Source: an uncultured delta proteobacterium (GTDB lineage Bacteria > Myxococcota_A > UBA9160 > UBA4427). Taken from it: a DNA stretch of 64,000 bases. The position numbers and the translations under genes were made by a program. The stretch is taken from positions 192,001 to 256,000 of the forward strand of contig CAWGJT010000001.1 in assembly GCA_963822965.1 (NCBI GenBank), written 5' to 3'. The notes beneath the pieces were generated by a model. That model was not told where the DNA came from and did not search any database. It saw only the letters and a program-made list of their open reading frames with translations. Each line of letters begins with the position of its first letter. Position 1 is the stretch's first letter. This document shows positions 1-14,507 of the stretch, one piece after another.

Positions 1-822
1 CATCAGCCCCACGTAGAGCACCCCCTGGTACGGGCAGCGGTCGGCCTCCATGCCGCGGATCGCGGGATGCACGATCTCCTCGAGCACGCGCTTCTCGACG
101 GCTTCCGTGAAGACCGGAGCCGGCGAGTACGCCCCCATGCCGCCGGTGTTCTCGCCGCGGTCGCCGTCGAGGGCGCGCTTGTGATCCTGGGCGGCCGCGA
201 GACCCACCACGTGGCGACCGTCGGTGATCGCGTAGTAGGACGCTTCTTCGCCCTGCATCCACTCCTCGATGACGATGCGGTCCCCGGCGGCGCCGAAGCG
301 CCGGTCGCGCATCATCTCGCCGATGGCGCGCTCGGCGTCGGAGGGCGTCTCGCACATGGCCACGCCCTTGCCGGCGGCGAGCCCGTCCGCCTTGACCACG
401 CAGGGGCCGGCGACCTGCCGGACGTGGACCAGGGCGGCGTCGGCCTCGTCGAAGCACGCCCAGGCCGCGGTCGGGATGCCGTGCCGCTGCATGAACTCCT
501 TCGAGAAGGCCTTGCTGGACTCCAGCCGGGCGGCGGCCTGGCTGGGCCCGAAGACCGCCAGGCCCGCGTTGCGCAGCCGATCGGCGAGGCCTGCGGCGAG
601 GGGATCCTCCGGACCGACCACCACCAGGTCCACGGCCTCTCGGCGAGCCAGCGCGAGCACCGCGTCCGCGTCGCCCGCCGGCACCTCGGCGAAGCAGCGC
701 GCCACGTCCGTCATCCCGGCGTTGCCCGGCAGGGCGATCAGGTCGTCCACGAGCGGGCTGCGCGCGATCTTCCACGCCAGGGCGTGCTCCCGTCCTCCCT
801 GTCCCACCACCGCGACCCGCAT
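1..822 (-). CDS. purD: Phosphoribosylamine--glycine ligase (3' end runs off the window start)
   Basis: Read manually on the minus strand: MRVAVVGQGGREHALAWKI..., GLAAGKGV, ...GVLYVGLM. Lies directly downstream of purH. Not in the ORF track because it is truncated. Confidence 0.95.
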   Translation of the reverse strand, partial: MRVAVVGQGGREHALAWKIARSPLVDDLIALPGNAGMTDVARCFAEVPAGDADAVLALARREAVDLVVVGPEDPLAAGLADRLRNAGLAVFGPSQAAARLESSKAFSKEFMQRHGIPTAAWACFDEADAALVHVRQVAGPCVVKADGLAAGKGVAMCETPSDAERAIGEMMRDRRFGAAGDRIVIEEWMQGEEASYYAITDGRHVVGLAAAQDHKRALDGDRGENTGGMGAYSPAPVFTEAVEKRVLEEIVHPAIRGMEADRCPYQGVLYVGLM

Positions 823-843
823 GCGCGCTCCCCGCGAAACCGA

Positions 844-2442
844 TCAGTGACGGAAGTGACGGACGCCCGTGAACACCATCGCCACGCCGAGGCGGTCGGC
901 AGCCTCGACCACCAGCTCGTCGCGGTTCGAGCCGCCGGGCTGGATGACCGCTCGGGCCCCGGCGGCGACGGCCGTCTCGAGCCCGTCCGGGAACGGGAAG
1001 AAGGCGTCGCTGGCCAGCACCGAGCCGGCCAGGGAGATGCCCGTACGGGCCGCCTTGGCGACCGCCGCGTGCACCGCGTCCACCCGCGACGTGCAGCCGC
1101 CGCCGACCGCGAGCGTCCGGCCGTCCGCAGCGAACACGATGGCGTTGCTCTTCACGTGCTTCACCACGCGCCACGCGAACTCGAGGGCGCGCAGCTGCGC
1201 GGCGTCCGGCCGCACCTTCGTGACGACCTCGGCGGCGCCGAGGTCCTCGAGCGCCGCGTCCGGGTCCTGCAGCAGCACGCCGCCGTAGATGCGCTTCCAC
1301 TCGAGCTGGTGGCGATCGATGCGGGACGCGTCGAAGGCCAGCAGCCGGCGGTTCTTCTTCTTGCGCAGCAGCGCCAGCGCGTCGTCCGAGAAGCCCGGCG
1401 CCACCAGCACCTCGGTGAAGATCTGGTCGACCTCCTGGGCCAGGGCCAGGTCGAAGGGGCGATTGCAGACGATGATGCCGCCGAAGGGCGACTCCGGGTC
1501 CGTCGCGAACGCCCGCTGGTAGGCGACGAGCGGCGCGTCCCCAGCGCCGACCCCGCACGGCGTGTTGTGCTTCAGGATGCCCACCGCGGCGCCGTCCTCG
1601 GGCGGGAAGTCCAGGATCAGGGCCAGGGCGGCCTGCACGTCCACCAGGTTGTTGTACGAGAGCGCCTTGCCGTGCAGCTGCTGGGCGATGTCATCCAGGA
1701 ACGACCCGTACAGCGCCGCCTGCTGGTGCGGGTTCTCGCCGTAGCGCAGCATCTCCCGGCGCTGCAGCCCGGTGAGCAGCACGGCGGGGAAGTGGTCGGC
1801 GGCCGGGGCCGGGCGCTCGTCCGGAGGCGCGGGCTCCACCTGGCGCCCCAGCCACTCCTGGATGGCGGCGTCGTACGCGGCCGTCCGCCGGAAGGCCTCC
1901 AGGGCCAGGCGGCGTCGTGTGGCGGCGGTGAGGCCTCCCTGCTCGCGCAGCTCGGCGAGCACCACCGGGTAGTCGGCGGGAGCCACCACGACACCCACGT
2001 CCGCGTGGTTCTTCGCCGCGGACCGGAGCATGGAGGGCCCGCCGATGTCGATCTTCTCGACGATGTCCTGGTAGGAGGCCCCGGGCGTCGCGACGGTCTC
2101 TTCGAACGGGTAGAGGTTGCACACGACCAGGTCGATGGGGGCGATGGACTGCGCGAGGAGATCCGCGCGATCCTGCTCGAGGCCCCGGCGGGCCAGGATG
2201 CCGCCGTGGATCTTCGGGTGCAGCGTCTTCACCCGGCCCCCGAGCATCTCCGGGCTTCCCGTGAGAGCGTCCACCGCGATGACGGGCAGGCCGGCTTCGG
2301 CGAGCGCCGCCAGCGTGCCGCCCGAGGCGACGAGCTCGATGCCCAGCTCGACCAGGCCGCGCGCGAGCTCGACGAGCCCGGTCTTGTCGTAGACGGATAG
2401 GAGTGCGCGCGCCACCGGGCGCGTGGAATCTTGGGGGGTCAT
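844..2442 (-). CDS. purH: Bifunctional AICAR formyltransferase/IMP cyclohydrolase
   Basis: RALLSVYDKTG, GGRVKTLHPKIHGGIL, DIGGPSMLRSAAKN, YGENPHQ, SDAFFPF, C-terminal GVRHFRH. AGGAGG upstream of ATG 2442. Confidence 0.97.
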   Translation of the reverse strand: MTPQDSTRPVARALLSVYDKTGLVELARGLVELGIELVASGGTLAALAEAGLPVIAVDALTGSPEMLGGRVKTLHPKIHGGILARRGLEQDRADLLAQSIAPIDLVVCNLYPFEETVATPGASYQDIVEKIDIGGPSMLRSAAKNHADVGVVVAPADYPVVLAELREQGGLTAATRRRLALEAFRRTAAYDAAIQEWLGRQVEPAPPDERPAPAADHFPAVLLTGLQRREMLRYGENPHQQAALYGSFLDDIAQQLHGKALSYNNLVDVQAALALILDFPPEDGAAVGILKHNTPCGVGAGDAPLVAYQRAFATDPESPFGGIIVCNRPFDLALAQEVDQIFTEVLVAPGFSDDALALLRKKKNRRLLAFDASRIDRHQLEWKRIYGGVLLQDPDAALEDLGAAEVVTKVRPDAAQLRALEFAWRVVKHVKSNAIVFAADGRTLAVGGGCTSRVDAVHAAVAKAARTGISLAGSVLASDAFFPFPDGLETAVAAGARAVIQPGGSNRDELVVEAADRLGVAMVFTGVRHFRH

Positions 2443-2568
2443 CGGGCCGGGTCTTCCTCCTGGCCGGGCTGTCGAAGCGCCTGACATTCGTGCGGCCCCC
2501 CTGCCGGGAGGCAGCGGGACCTGCAGGACTCTGCGAGCGGAGCGCATGCTGGGGAGGACGCCAGGAAG

Positions 2569-2597
2569 GGTGTACCGAGGGCCCTCTCCCAAGTCAA
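2569..2597 (-). promoter_or_regulatory. Putative sigma70-type promoter for purH-purD
   Basis: Minus strand TTGACT-N17-TACACC about 125 nt upstream of the purH start. The -10 is imperfect. Confidence 0.45.
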
Positions 2598-2643
2598 ACG
2601 CGCCTCGCAGCGAGCGTCGCGTGGGCCGGAGGGCCGCGTCGCT

Positions 2644-3807
2644 TCAGTCGCGATAGACCCGCGGCACCCGGGCTCCCACGCGCACCAGCAGCTCGTAGTG
2701 GAGCGTGCCCACGGCCGCGGCGACCTCCTCGACGGGCAGCGCGGCCGGCGTCCCGGGCGGGCCCTCGATGGCGCCGAACACGATCGCCTCGTCGCCGACG
2801 GCGACCGCGTCCCCGAGACCGACGTCCACGCCGATCGAGTCCATCGACACGCGGCCCACCAGCGGACGCCACGCACCCGCGAGCCAGACGCGGGTCCGGT
2901 TGGCGGCGTTCCAGGGGATGCCGTCCGCATAGCCCACCGCGAGGGTCGCCACCCGGCTGCCGCCCGGCCCGGCGCGCCAGGTCGCCCCGTAGCCGACGCC
3001 GGCGCCGGCGGGCACGTCGCGCACGGTGAGCACGCTCGCGCGCAGGGTCATCACCGGGGTGAGCTCTCCCTCGAGGTGCGGCGCCGGGCGAACGCCGTAC
3101 AGCATGAGCCCGGGGCGAACGGCGGTTGCCTCCGGCAGGGCCTCCGCCAGACGCTTGCCGCACATGAGCGCCGCCGAGTTGTCCGCATGCACCACCTCCG
3201 GCTCGATGCCCCGGGCCCGAGCGTCCGCGAGCACCGCCCGGAAGCGATCCACCTGCTCGCGACTGGGGGCGAGGTCCGGCTCGTCCGCGTGGGCGAAGTG
3301 GGTCATCACGCCCTCGAGCCGGAGATGCGGCGACGACGACGACGCTTCCAGCAACGAGACCGCGTCCGAAGCGGGAACCCCCATGCGGTGCATCCCGGTG
3401 TCCACCTCCACGTGGACCCGGATGGGGAGCGAGGGGGAGGCGACCGCCTCGAGGCGGCGCAGACCTTCGCGCGTGTGCAGGACGGGCGTGAGCCCGCGGG
3501 CGGCGGCGGTATGCGCCTCCCCGTCGTTGCGGGCCCCGGCCAGCGCGAGGATGGGCGCCTCGATCCCAGCGTCGCGCAGCGCCACGCCCTCGGGAACGGT
3601 CAGCACGGCGAGCCGGGTGCAGCCGGCGGCCAGCAGGCAGCGCGAGACCGGCACGGCCCCATGGCCGTACGCATCCGCCTTGACCACGCCGATCACCTCG
3701 CGGCGGCCGGCGAGACGCAGCGCCAGCCCCAGGTTGGCGCGCAGGGCGCGCAGATCGATGGTGGCCTCGCAGGGATGCCCGCCGCTCGTGCCGCTGCCTG
3801 CCGTCAT
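2644..3807 (-). CDS. alr: Alanine racemase
   Basis: VVKADAYGHG PLP-Lys motif, VDTGMHRMG, RPGLMLYG, GYADG, GRVSMD. An alternative start exists at 3867. Confidence 0.95.
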   Translation of the reverse strand: MTAGSGTSGGHPCEATIDLRALRANLGLALRLAGRREVIGVVKADAYGHGAVPVSRCLLAAGCTRLAVLTVPEGVALRDAGIEAPILALAGARNDGEAHTAAARGLTPVLHTREGLRRLEAVASPSLPIRVHVEVDTGMHRMGVPASDAVSLLEASSSSPHLRLEGVMTHFAHADEPDLAPSREQVDRFRAVLADARARGIEPEVVHADNSAALMCGKRLAEALPEATAVRPGLMLYGVRPAPHLEGELTPVMTLRASVLTVRDVPAGAGVGYGATWRAGPGGSRVATLAVGYADGIPWNAANRTRVWLAGAWRPLVGRVSMDSIGVDVGLGDAVAVGDEAIVFGAIEGPPGTPAALPVEEVAAAVGTLHYELLVRVGARVPRVYRD

Positions 3808-3912
3808 GCGCCCCCCACCTCGCCGCTCCTCGCCGCCGGGCCGTGCGTTCCCAAGGGTATCGGACATCCGGCCATTCGATGGAGAGGCGCGACTCGCTAC
3901 GATGCGTGGCGA

Positions 3913-4140
3913 ATGGAGACCGCGACCCGAGAAGCCACCACCTCGATCTTCGTGAACGGCGAGGCCCGCGAGGTGCCGCTCGGCTGCACGATCGAGCAGC
4001 TGCTCGCGCGCATCGACATGGCCGGCCGGCGCGTCGCCGTCGCCCGGAACCGCGACGTCGTCCCGCGCAGCAGCTTCGCGCGGGCCACGGTCTCCGCCGG
4101 GGATCGCATCGAAATCCTCGAAGCCGTAGGAGGAGGCTGA
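3913..4140 (+). CDS. thiS: Sulfur carrier protein ThiS
   Basis: IFVNGE...VAVARN..VVPR...GDRIEILEAVGGG with C-terminal Gly-Gly; adjacent to thiG. Confidence 0.93.
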   Translation: METATREATTSIFVNGEAREVPLGCTIEQLLARIDMAGRRVAVARNRDVVPRSSFARATVSAGDRIEILEAVGGG

Positions 4141-4143
4141 ACC

Positions 4144-4947
4144 ATGGCCCAGCAAGAGAGCAACCCCCAGGATCTCCCCGCCTACCGCCTGGGCGCGCAC
4201 GAGTTCCGCTCGCGGCTGATCATCGGATCGGGCAAGTACGAGTCGTTCGAGCAGAACCTCGAGTGCCTGATGGCGAGCGGCGCCGAGATGATCACCGTGG
4301 CGCTGCGCCGGGTGAACTGCGATCCGAGCAAGGGACCGAGCCTGCTGGACGTGATCTCTCCCCGGCGCTTCACCATCCTGCCCAACACCGCCGGCTGCTA
4401 CACCGCCGAGGACGCCATCACCACCGCGCGTCTCGCCCGGGAGCTGATCGACACCGACCTCGTGAAGCTCGAGGTCATCGGCGACGAGCGCACCCTCTTC
4501 CCGGACGTTCCCGCGACGATCGAGGCCGCCCGGGTGCTCGTGCGCGAGGGCTTCACGGTGCTTCCCTACATCACCGACGATCCGGTGGCCTGCCAGCGGC
4601 TGGCGGCCCTGGGCTGTGCGGCGGTGATGCCGCTGGCCGCCCCCATCGGATCCGGACTCGGCATCCGCAATCCCGCCAACCTGCGGATCATCCTCGAGAC
4701 GGTGGAGGTTCCCGTCATCGTCGACGCGGGGGTCGGCACGGCCAGCGACGCCGCCATCGCGATGGAGCTCGGGGCGGCCGCCGTGCTCATGAACTCGGGC
4801 ATCGCCGGCGCCAAGGAGCCCGTGAAGATGGCGCGCGCCATGAAGCTCGCGATCGAGGCCGGACGGCTGGCCTACGAGGCGGGCCGCATGCCGCGTCGGC
4901 TCTACGCCTCGGCGTCGAGCCCGATCGAGGGAACGGCCGTCTTCTGA
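4144..4947 (+). CDS. thiG: Thiazole synthase
   Basis: [42 protein letters not shown]. Confidence 0.97.
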   Translation: MAQQESNPQDLPAYRLGAHEFRSRLIIGSGKYESFEQNLECLMASGAEMITVALRRVNCDPSKGPSLLDVISPRRFTILPNTAGCYTAEDAITTARLARELIDTDLVKLEVIGDERTLFPDVPATIEAARVLVREGFTVLPYITDDPVACQRLAALGCAAVMPLAAPIGSGLGIRNPANLRIILETVEVPVIVDAGVGTASDAAIAMELGAAAVLMNSGIAGAKEPVKMARAMKLAIEAGRLAYEAGRMPRRLYASASSPIEGTAVF

Positions 4948-4948
4948 C

Positions 4949-5658
4949 GTGGGTCCGCCCCACGGCGGCTCGCGCCCCGTCTCGCAGCCTGTTTCGCAGC
5001 CCATTTCGCAGCCCAGCTCGCAGCCCATCCTGTGCCTGGTGGTAGACCGCCGCTGCGACCGGCATCCGCTTCCGGGTGCCGTGACTGCCGCGGTCCTGGG
5101 CGGGGTCGACTGGCTGCAGGTCCGGGACCGCGAGCTGGGGGGGCGGCACTGCTCGCGTGGGCGGAGAGCCTCGCCGACGCTGCGCGGCAGGCAGCGGCGC
5201 GTACCGGCCGGGCCCTGCGCATCCTCGTCAACCGGCGCATCGACGTGGCCCTCGCCATCGGTGCCGACGGCGTACACCTGGGCTTCGACGCGCTCCCGCC
5301 GGCCGAGGCCGCGGCGCTGCTGGCGCCCGGCGCGATCGTCGGGGTGTCCGCCCACACGCCCGCGGAGGTGGAGGCTGCCGGCCGGGCCGGCGCCGGCTAC
5401 GCGCACCTCGCGCCCGTCTGGAGCCCACTCTCCAAGCCCCCCGAGCGCGCGCCGCTTGGCCTCGAGGGGCTCCGGGCCGGATGCGGTCACGGAATTCCGG
5501 TGCTCGCACAGGGGGGCCTCACCGCCGCCCGCTGCGCCGAGGCGCTGGCGGCTGGAGCGGCGGGCGTGGCCGTCACCGGGCACGTGCTGCAGGCGGACGA
5601 TCCGGGCCTCGCCGCCGCCGCCCTGCGCGCCGCCCTCGACGCGGCCCGCGGCGCCTGA
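4949..5658 (+). CDS. thiE: Thiamine phosphate synthase (ThiE/TenI family), frameshifted at the G-run near 5138-5144
   Basis: First frame gives LCLVVD...GGVDWLQVRDRE. Second frame gives ILVNRRIDVALAIGADGVHLG, VGVSAH, PVLAQGG, GAAGVAV. Start codon uncertain. Confidence 0.8.
4982..5029 (+). repeat. 4 x 12-bp tandem repeat (TCGCAGCCnnnn; encodes SQPx)
   Basis: TCGCAGCC at 4982, 4994, 5006 and 5018. Confidence 0.85.
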
Positions 5659-5673
5659 GCGACCGGCCTCCGG

Positions 5674-6951
5674 TCAGCCCTCCGCGCCGAGTCCCACCGG
5701 ACCGGCACCGTCCGCGGTCTCGATGCGAACGATGGGGGGACGCCGCCCGAAGCGCCGGGCGAACCCGCCGGCCAGCCTCGACGCGACTTCGCTCGCGGCC
5801 TCGGGCTCCACCAGGTGGAGCGTGCAGCCCCCGAAGCCGGCCCCCGTGAGGCGCGAGCCGTGAACCCCCGGCAGGGCGTCCGCCATCTCGCACAGTGCGT
5901 CCAGCGCCGGGATGGAGACCTCGTAGTCGTCCCGCAGGCTGCGGTGCCCCTCTCGAATGACGGCGCCTGCCGCCGCCAGGTCGCCCGCCTCCAGGGCCGC
6001 ACTGCAGGTGCTCACACGCTCGTTCTCGCTCACCACGTGGCGGACGCGCCGGAACAGGGTCGGGGGGAGCGCCCGCTCGAGCGCCGGCAGATCCGCGGGC
6101 GCCAGGTCGCGCAGGGCGCGCGCGTCGGCCGGCGCGATCCGCGCCCCGCGCGCGGCCTCCAGGGCGGCTGCGCACTCCGCCACGCGGCGGCGATAGCCCG
6201 AGTCCGCCTCCGCCAGCGATCGCCGGACGCCGGAATCGGCGACCAGCACGCAAGTGCGTCCGGGAGGCATCGCGATGGCCCGGACCGCCCGGGAACGGCA
6301 GTCGAGGAGCAGCGCCCGATCGCGGCGGCCGAGGGCGCTGGCGAACTGGTCGAGGATCCCCGAGCCGACGCCCAGGTACTCGCTCTCCGCGCGATGGGCG
6401 ATCTCCGCCCGCTCCTCCGGCGACAGCGGCCGCTCGCCCACCAACGAGAACAGCGTCGCGAGCGCGACGGTGAAGGCCGCCGAGCTCGAGAGGCCGGCGC
6501 CGATGGGCACCCGGCTCGCGACGGCCAGGTCCATCCCCGGCACCGGGCCGGCGCGCTCGCCGAACGCGAACACGACTCCCCTCACGTAGTCGCTCCAGTG
6601 GCCGGGGCCGCGCGGTCGCTCGTCCCCGACGCTCGTCACCTCGAAGCCGGACGCCTCGTTCCGGTTCGCAGACCAGACGACCACGCGATCGTCGTCGCGC
6701 CGGGCGGCCAGCGCGAACGTCTCCCGATCGATCGCGAACGGAAGGACGAGGCCCTCGTTGTAGTCGGTATGCTCGCCGATCAGGTTCACGCGCCCGGGCG
6801 CCCGGGCGCCCTGCTCGGGCGCCCGCCCGAACCGCTCCGCGAAGGCCGCCCGTAGGCCGTCCAGCAGCTCCCCGGGCCCGGCGGCCCCGAGGAATCCCGC
6901 CTCCGCCGACTGCGCCAAGGGCTCCTTCCTCCGCCGCCGCACCGTTCCCAC
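5674..6951 (-). CDS. galK: Galactokinase
   Basis: APGRVNLIGEHTDYNEG, PIGAGLSSSAA, GSRLTGAGFGGC. The true start may be slightly downstream. Confidence 0.95.
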   Translation of the reverse strand: MGTVRRRRKEPLAQSAEAGFLGAAGPGELLDGLRAAFAERFGRAPEQGARAPGRVNLIGEHTDYNEGLVLPFAIDRETFALAARRDDDRVVVWSANRNEASGFEVTSVGDERPRGPGHWSDYVRGVVFAFGERAGPVPGMDLAVASRVPIGAGLSSSAAFTVALATLFSLVGERPLSPEERAEIAHRAESEYLGVGSGILDQFASALGRRDRALLLDCRSRAVRAIAMPPGRTCVLVADSGVRRSLAEADSGYRRRVAECAAALEAARGARIAPADARALRDLAPADLPALERALPPTLFRRVRHVVSENERVSTCSAALEAGDLAAAGAVIREGHRSLRDDYEVSIPALDALCEMADALPGVHGSRLTGAGFGGCTLHLVEPEAASEVASRLAGGFARRFGRRPPIVRIETADGAGPVGLGAEG

Positions 6952-7079
6952 GTTGCCACGGCCACCCCGGGGCGTGCCCGCGAATTCGCCCTGGGTGGTC
7001 CGGTCACCCCAACCCGCGCGACCTCCGGGGCCGCTGCGGTGTCACACTCCGCGTGATACGACCCTTGCGAGGATCCCCG

Positions 7080-8456
7080 ATGTCGCGTCTCGAGACGAGT
7101 GGCCTGCGGGCCACCCTGCCCGCCGTCCTGCTCACCCTGCTGGCGAGCCTGGCCGTCGCCACCCCCGCCACGGCCGCGGATCCCTTCCTGCGGCGCACCC
7201 CCACCGTCCAGGCGGTGGAGCGCGTGGGTCCCGCGGTGGTCAGCATCACCAGCGCCCGGCTGGCCCAGGGCAACCCGTTCCGGCCCCTCGGCGAGGATCC
7301 CATCTACGAGCGCTTCCTGCGCGACTTCACGGGACCCCAGCGCCGTCCCACCGAGACCGACGTCGAGCTCGGGTCGGGCGTCATCATCGATCCCGACGGC
7401 CACGTGCTGACGAACGAGCACGTGATCTCCCGGGCCACCCAGATCCGGGTCAAGCTGGCGGACGGCCGCAGCTTCGAGGCCAGCGTGGTCGGCGCCGACC
7501 CCAACAACGACCTCGCGGTGGTGCGGATCGAGACGGACGAGAAGCTTCCCTGGGTGGCGCCCGGCAGCTCCGACGACCTGCTCGTCGGCGAGCCGGTCAT
7601 CGCCATCGGCAATCCCTTCGGGCTCTCGAACACCGTCACCACCGGCGTCATCTCGGCGGTGGATCGCTCGTTCTACACGCCGCAACAGTCCTTCCACGGC
7701 TTCATCCAGACGGACGCCTCCATCAACCCCGGCAACTCGGGCGGCCCGCTGCTCAACGCCGAGGGCTCGCTCGTGGGGATCAACTCGGCGATCTACGGGG
7801 ACGGCCAGGGCATCGGCTTCGCCATCCCGATCGACGTCGCCAAGAAGGTCGTCTCGGAGCTGATCGACCACGGCGAAGTGACACCCATCTGGGTCGGCGC
7901 CGAGTTCCGCGACCTCGACCCCGGGCTGCACGAGGTGCTGCGGGTGCCGCTCGAGCAACGGGGCGTGCTCGTGACCCGCGTGCGGGAGAACAGCCCGTCC
8001 CAACGGGCCGGCCTCCAGGCGGGAGACGTGCTGCTGCGCGCCGACGGACGGGACCTGGCCGGCGCCCAGGACCTGTTCGACTTCCTCGAGACGGCCCTCG
8101 TCGACCAGGAGATCGCGGTGGACCTGTGGCGCGACGGCAAGTCCCAGCAGATCACCCTGCGCACGGAGCAGATTCCCCCGGAGCACGTCCGCGCCCTCAC
8201 CCAGGAGCGCCTCGGCCTGCAGCTCGCGGAGCTGCCGGGCCCCGAGGGCTTCGAGATCACCAAGGTCGAGCCGGACAGCCCGGCGGGGCAGATCGGATTC
8301 CGCTCGGGGGACCGCTTGATCGCGGTCAACGGGCGCCCGCTCGGCGGCAACGACGATCTCCGCCGCGCCATCGTCGAGCTGCGCGGCCGCCGTCGGGCGG
8401 TCGTCGTGGTTCAGCGCGGCGCCGGCCGGTACCATGTGACGATTCCATTGGCCTGA
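7080..8456 (+). CDS. HtrA/DegP-family serine protease with two PDZ domains
   Basis: Signal peptide, GSGVII, LTNEHV, DLAV, QTDASINPGNSGGPL, two PDZ-like domains. Confidence 0.93.
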   Translation: MSRLETSGLRATLPAVLLTLLASLAVATPATAADPFLRRTPTVQAVERVGPAVVSITSARLAQGNPFRPLGEDPIYERFLRDFTGPQRRPTETDVELGSGVIIDPDGHVLTNEHVISRATQIRVKLADGRSFEASVVGADPNNDLAVVRIETDEKLPWVAPGSSDDLLVGEPVIAIGNPFGLSNTVTTGVISAVDRSFYTPQQSFHGFIQTDASINPGNSGGPLLNAEGSLVGINSAIYGDGQGIGFAIPIDVAKKVVSELIDHGEVTPIWVGAEFRDLDPGLHEVLRVPLEQRGVLVTRVRENSPSQRAGLQAGDVLLRADGRDLAGAQDLFDFLETALVDQEIAVDLWRDGKSQQITLRTEQIPPEHVRALTQERLGLQLAELPGPEGFEITKVEPDSPAGQIGFRSGDRLIAVNGRPLGGNDDLRRAIVELRGRRRAVVVVQRGAGRYHVTIPLA

Positions 8457-8496
8457 AACACCGTGCTCCCTCGGGGCACGGGATGGACCGCTGCCC

Positions 8497-9936
<1,440 letters not shown>

Positions 9937-10062
9937 CTCGAGGGCCCCCGAACGCGTCGAGGCCGGCCCGCGGGGTGCGGGGCCGGGAGAAAGACCGTCC
10001 CGGCCCGAACTTTCTTGCGGCGCCGGTTGCCAGCCCCGAACCCGTGCCTAGTTTCGGGGGCC

Positions 10063-12651
<2,589 letters not shown>

Positions 12652-12662
12652 ATTCCGTCGGG

Positions 12663-14465
12663 TCAGAGCCGGCGGTGCTGGTAGAGGTCTCCGTCCACGA
12701 AGCCCAGGCGCCGGTACCACTCCCGGGTGCCGACGGCAGAGATGACCGCCAGGCTCGCGTAGCCGGCGTCCGCGGCCCGTCGCGCCGCCTCCGCCATGAG
12801 GCGACCGCCGAGCCCGCGGTGCTGGGCCCGGTCGCCAGCGCGATCGCCCAGCGCCAGCGAAGCGCCGTACACGTGCACCTCGCGGATCACCGCGCTGCCC
12901 GCCAGCTCGGCCACGACCGCCCCGTCGCCGTCGGGCAGTGGAGCGTGCGGTAGGGCGAGCCGCGCGAAGCCCACGATGCGGTCGTCCGGCGTCACGAACT
13001 CCAGGAAGTGCTCGCTGGACACGGCCGCGTCGTAGACCGTGGCACGCAGGACGAGCGACGCCTCGTCGAAGTCGTCGCTTCGGATCTCCCGGGCGCGGAT
13101 GTCGCGGCAGCGGCCCCCCCGCCGGACCACCTCGCGCTCGGCGAGCTGGCGGAAGTTCGTGAGCTTGTTGCCCGTCACGATGTCGTCCGAGGAGATGTCC
13201 CGGACCACCCGGGTCACGCGACACCAACCGGGCACCCGGGCGAGGGCGCTCGCCAGCACGTCGAGCAGCTCGGCGTGCGTGTACGGACGCCATTCCCCCC
13301 GCGCGTGGTGCTGTATCAGCTCGGCGCTCTCGACCAGGCTGCAGGGGTAGATCTTCAGCTCGTCCGGACGGAGGGCGGGATCGTCGAAGAGCCTCGCGAA
13401 GTCGAGGACGTCGCGCTCGGGGGTGGAGCCCGCCAGGTTCGGCATCCAGTGCGCGTGGATCTTGAAGCCGGCGCGTCGCAGCCGCGCGACCGCCTGGCGG
13501 GTCGTCGCGACGTCGTGACCCCGCCGGTTCGCGGCGAGCACCGAATCGTCGAGGCTCTGGATGCCCAGCTGCACCTTCGTGGCTCCGAGACGGCGGATGC
13601 GCAGTACCTCCTCGTCGATCACGTGATCCGGGCGCGTCTCCACCACGAAGCCCACGCTGCGACACGCGGAGCGCTCGTTCCCACGCTGGGCGAGCGCGAG
13701 GCGCTCCCAGCCGGCGCTCTCGGCCTCGGGCACCAGCTCGCCCTGCTGCTGCTCGCGCAGGAACGTCCGCACGATGCGGTTGTAGGGGTTGGCGCGCGGC
13801 TCGCGGCCGTCGAGCCGCGCGGGCAGCGCTTCGAACCGGGGCGCCGTGGGTACGGCGCCGGCGCGACCGTCTACGCCCCGGCCGAAGTCGTTCAGGGCCT
13901 CGAAGCAGCGGGTCGCGAACCACACCTGGTACGGCTCGGGATAGAACGACCAGGTGCCGCCGAGAACGATGATCTCGACCTTGTCCGTGGGGTGGCCGAT
14001 GGCCCGGTAGGCGGCCAGGCGGTTCCACGTCTGCAGGTAGGGATCGAAGCGGTTGGCGGTGGCGCGCTGGGCACCGGGCTCGTCGGCCAGGTAGCTCTTC
14101 GGCATGCGCACGTCGTTGGGGCAGAAGATGCACTCGCCGGGGCACGGGAAGGGCTTGGTGAGCACCGTGAGGGGCGTGACGCCGCTCTGGGTTCGTACGG
14201 GACGCCGCTGCACCCCGGCCAGGAACGCGTCCTCCGCCACCCCGAGCGCCGACTCCGTGAAGAAGGCGCGGTAGCCCGCGATGATCTCCGAGCGCGAGAA
14301 GAAGCCGCGGCCCTCGCGCGGGTAGCGGCGGAGGATGGCGTCGAAGGCGGTCGCGTCGAGCGTGCCCGCTGCGACGCGTTCGGCCAGCGCGCGCACGATG
14401 CCCTCGAGCGCCGGACGGTGGGGCACGGGATCGAAGTGCGAGAGCGACGGAGGGTGTGTGGTCAC
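12663..14465 (-). CDS. elp3: Elp3-family tRNA uridine(34) acetyltransferase/carboxymethylase (radical SAM + GNAT)
   Basis: RPVRTQSGV, CPGECIFCP, PKSY..EPG, KVEIIVLGGT, ETRPD, DELKIYP, CRDIRARE, IREVHVYG, QHRGLG, AVISAVGTREWYRRLG. GTG start inferred. Confidence 0.9.
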   Translation of the reverse strand: MTTHPPSLSHFDPVPHRPALEGIVRALAERVAAGTLDATAFDAILRRYPREGRGFFSRSEIIAGYRAFFTESALGVAEDAFLAGVQRRPVRTQSGVTPLTVLTKPFPCPGECIFCPNDVRMPKSYLADEPGAQRATANRFDPYLQTWNRLAAYRAIGHPTDKVEIIVLGGTWSFYPEPYQVWFATRCFEALNDFGRGVDGRAGAVPTAPRFEALPARLDGREPRANPYNRIVRTFLREQQQGELVPEAESAGWERLALAQRGNERSACRSVGFVVETRPDHVIDEEVLRIRRLGATKVQLGIQSLDDSVLAANRRGHDVATTRQAVARLRRAGFKIHAHWMPNLAGSTPERDVLDFARLFDDPALRPDELKIYPCSLVESAELIQHHARGEWRPYTHAELLDVLASALARVPGWCRVTRVVRDISSDDIVTGNKLTNFRQLAEREVVRRGGRCRDIRAREIRSDDFDEASLVLRATVYDAAVSSEHFLEFVTPDDRIVGFARLALPHAPLPDGDGAVVAELAGSAVIREVHVYGASLALGDRAGDRAQHRGLGGRLMAEAARRAADAGYASLAVISAVGTREWYRRLGFVDGDLYQHRRL

Positions 14466-14507
14466 GGGCTCACGACGGCGCGGCGTCGCGCGTACACTAG
14501 CAGAGCC

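Noticed and set aside
3808..3912. TPP riboswitch upstream of thiS-thiG-thiE
   Set aside because: The short divergent intergenic region lacks the CUGAGA and GAUAAU-type conserved elements.
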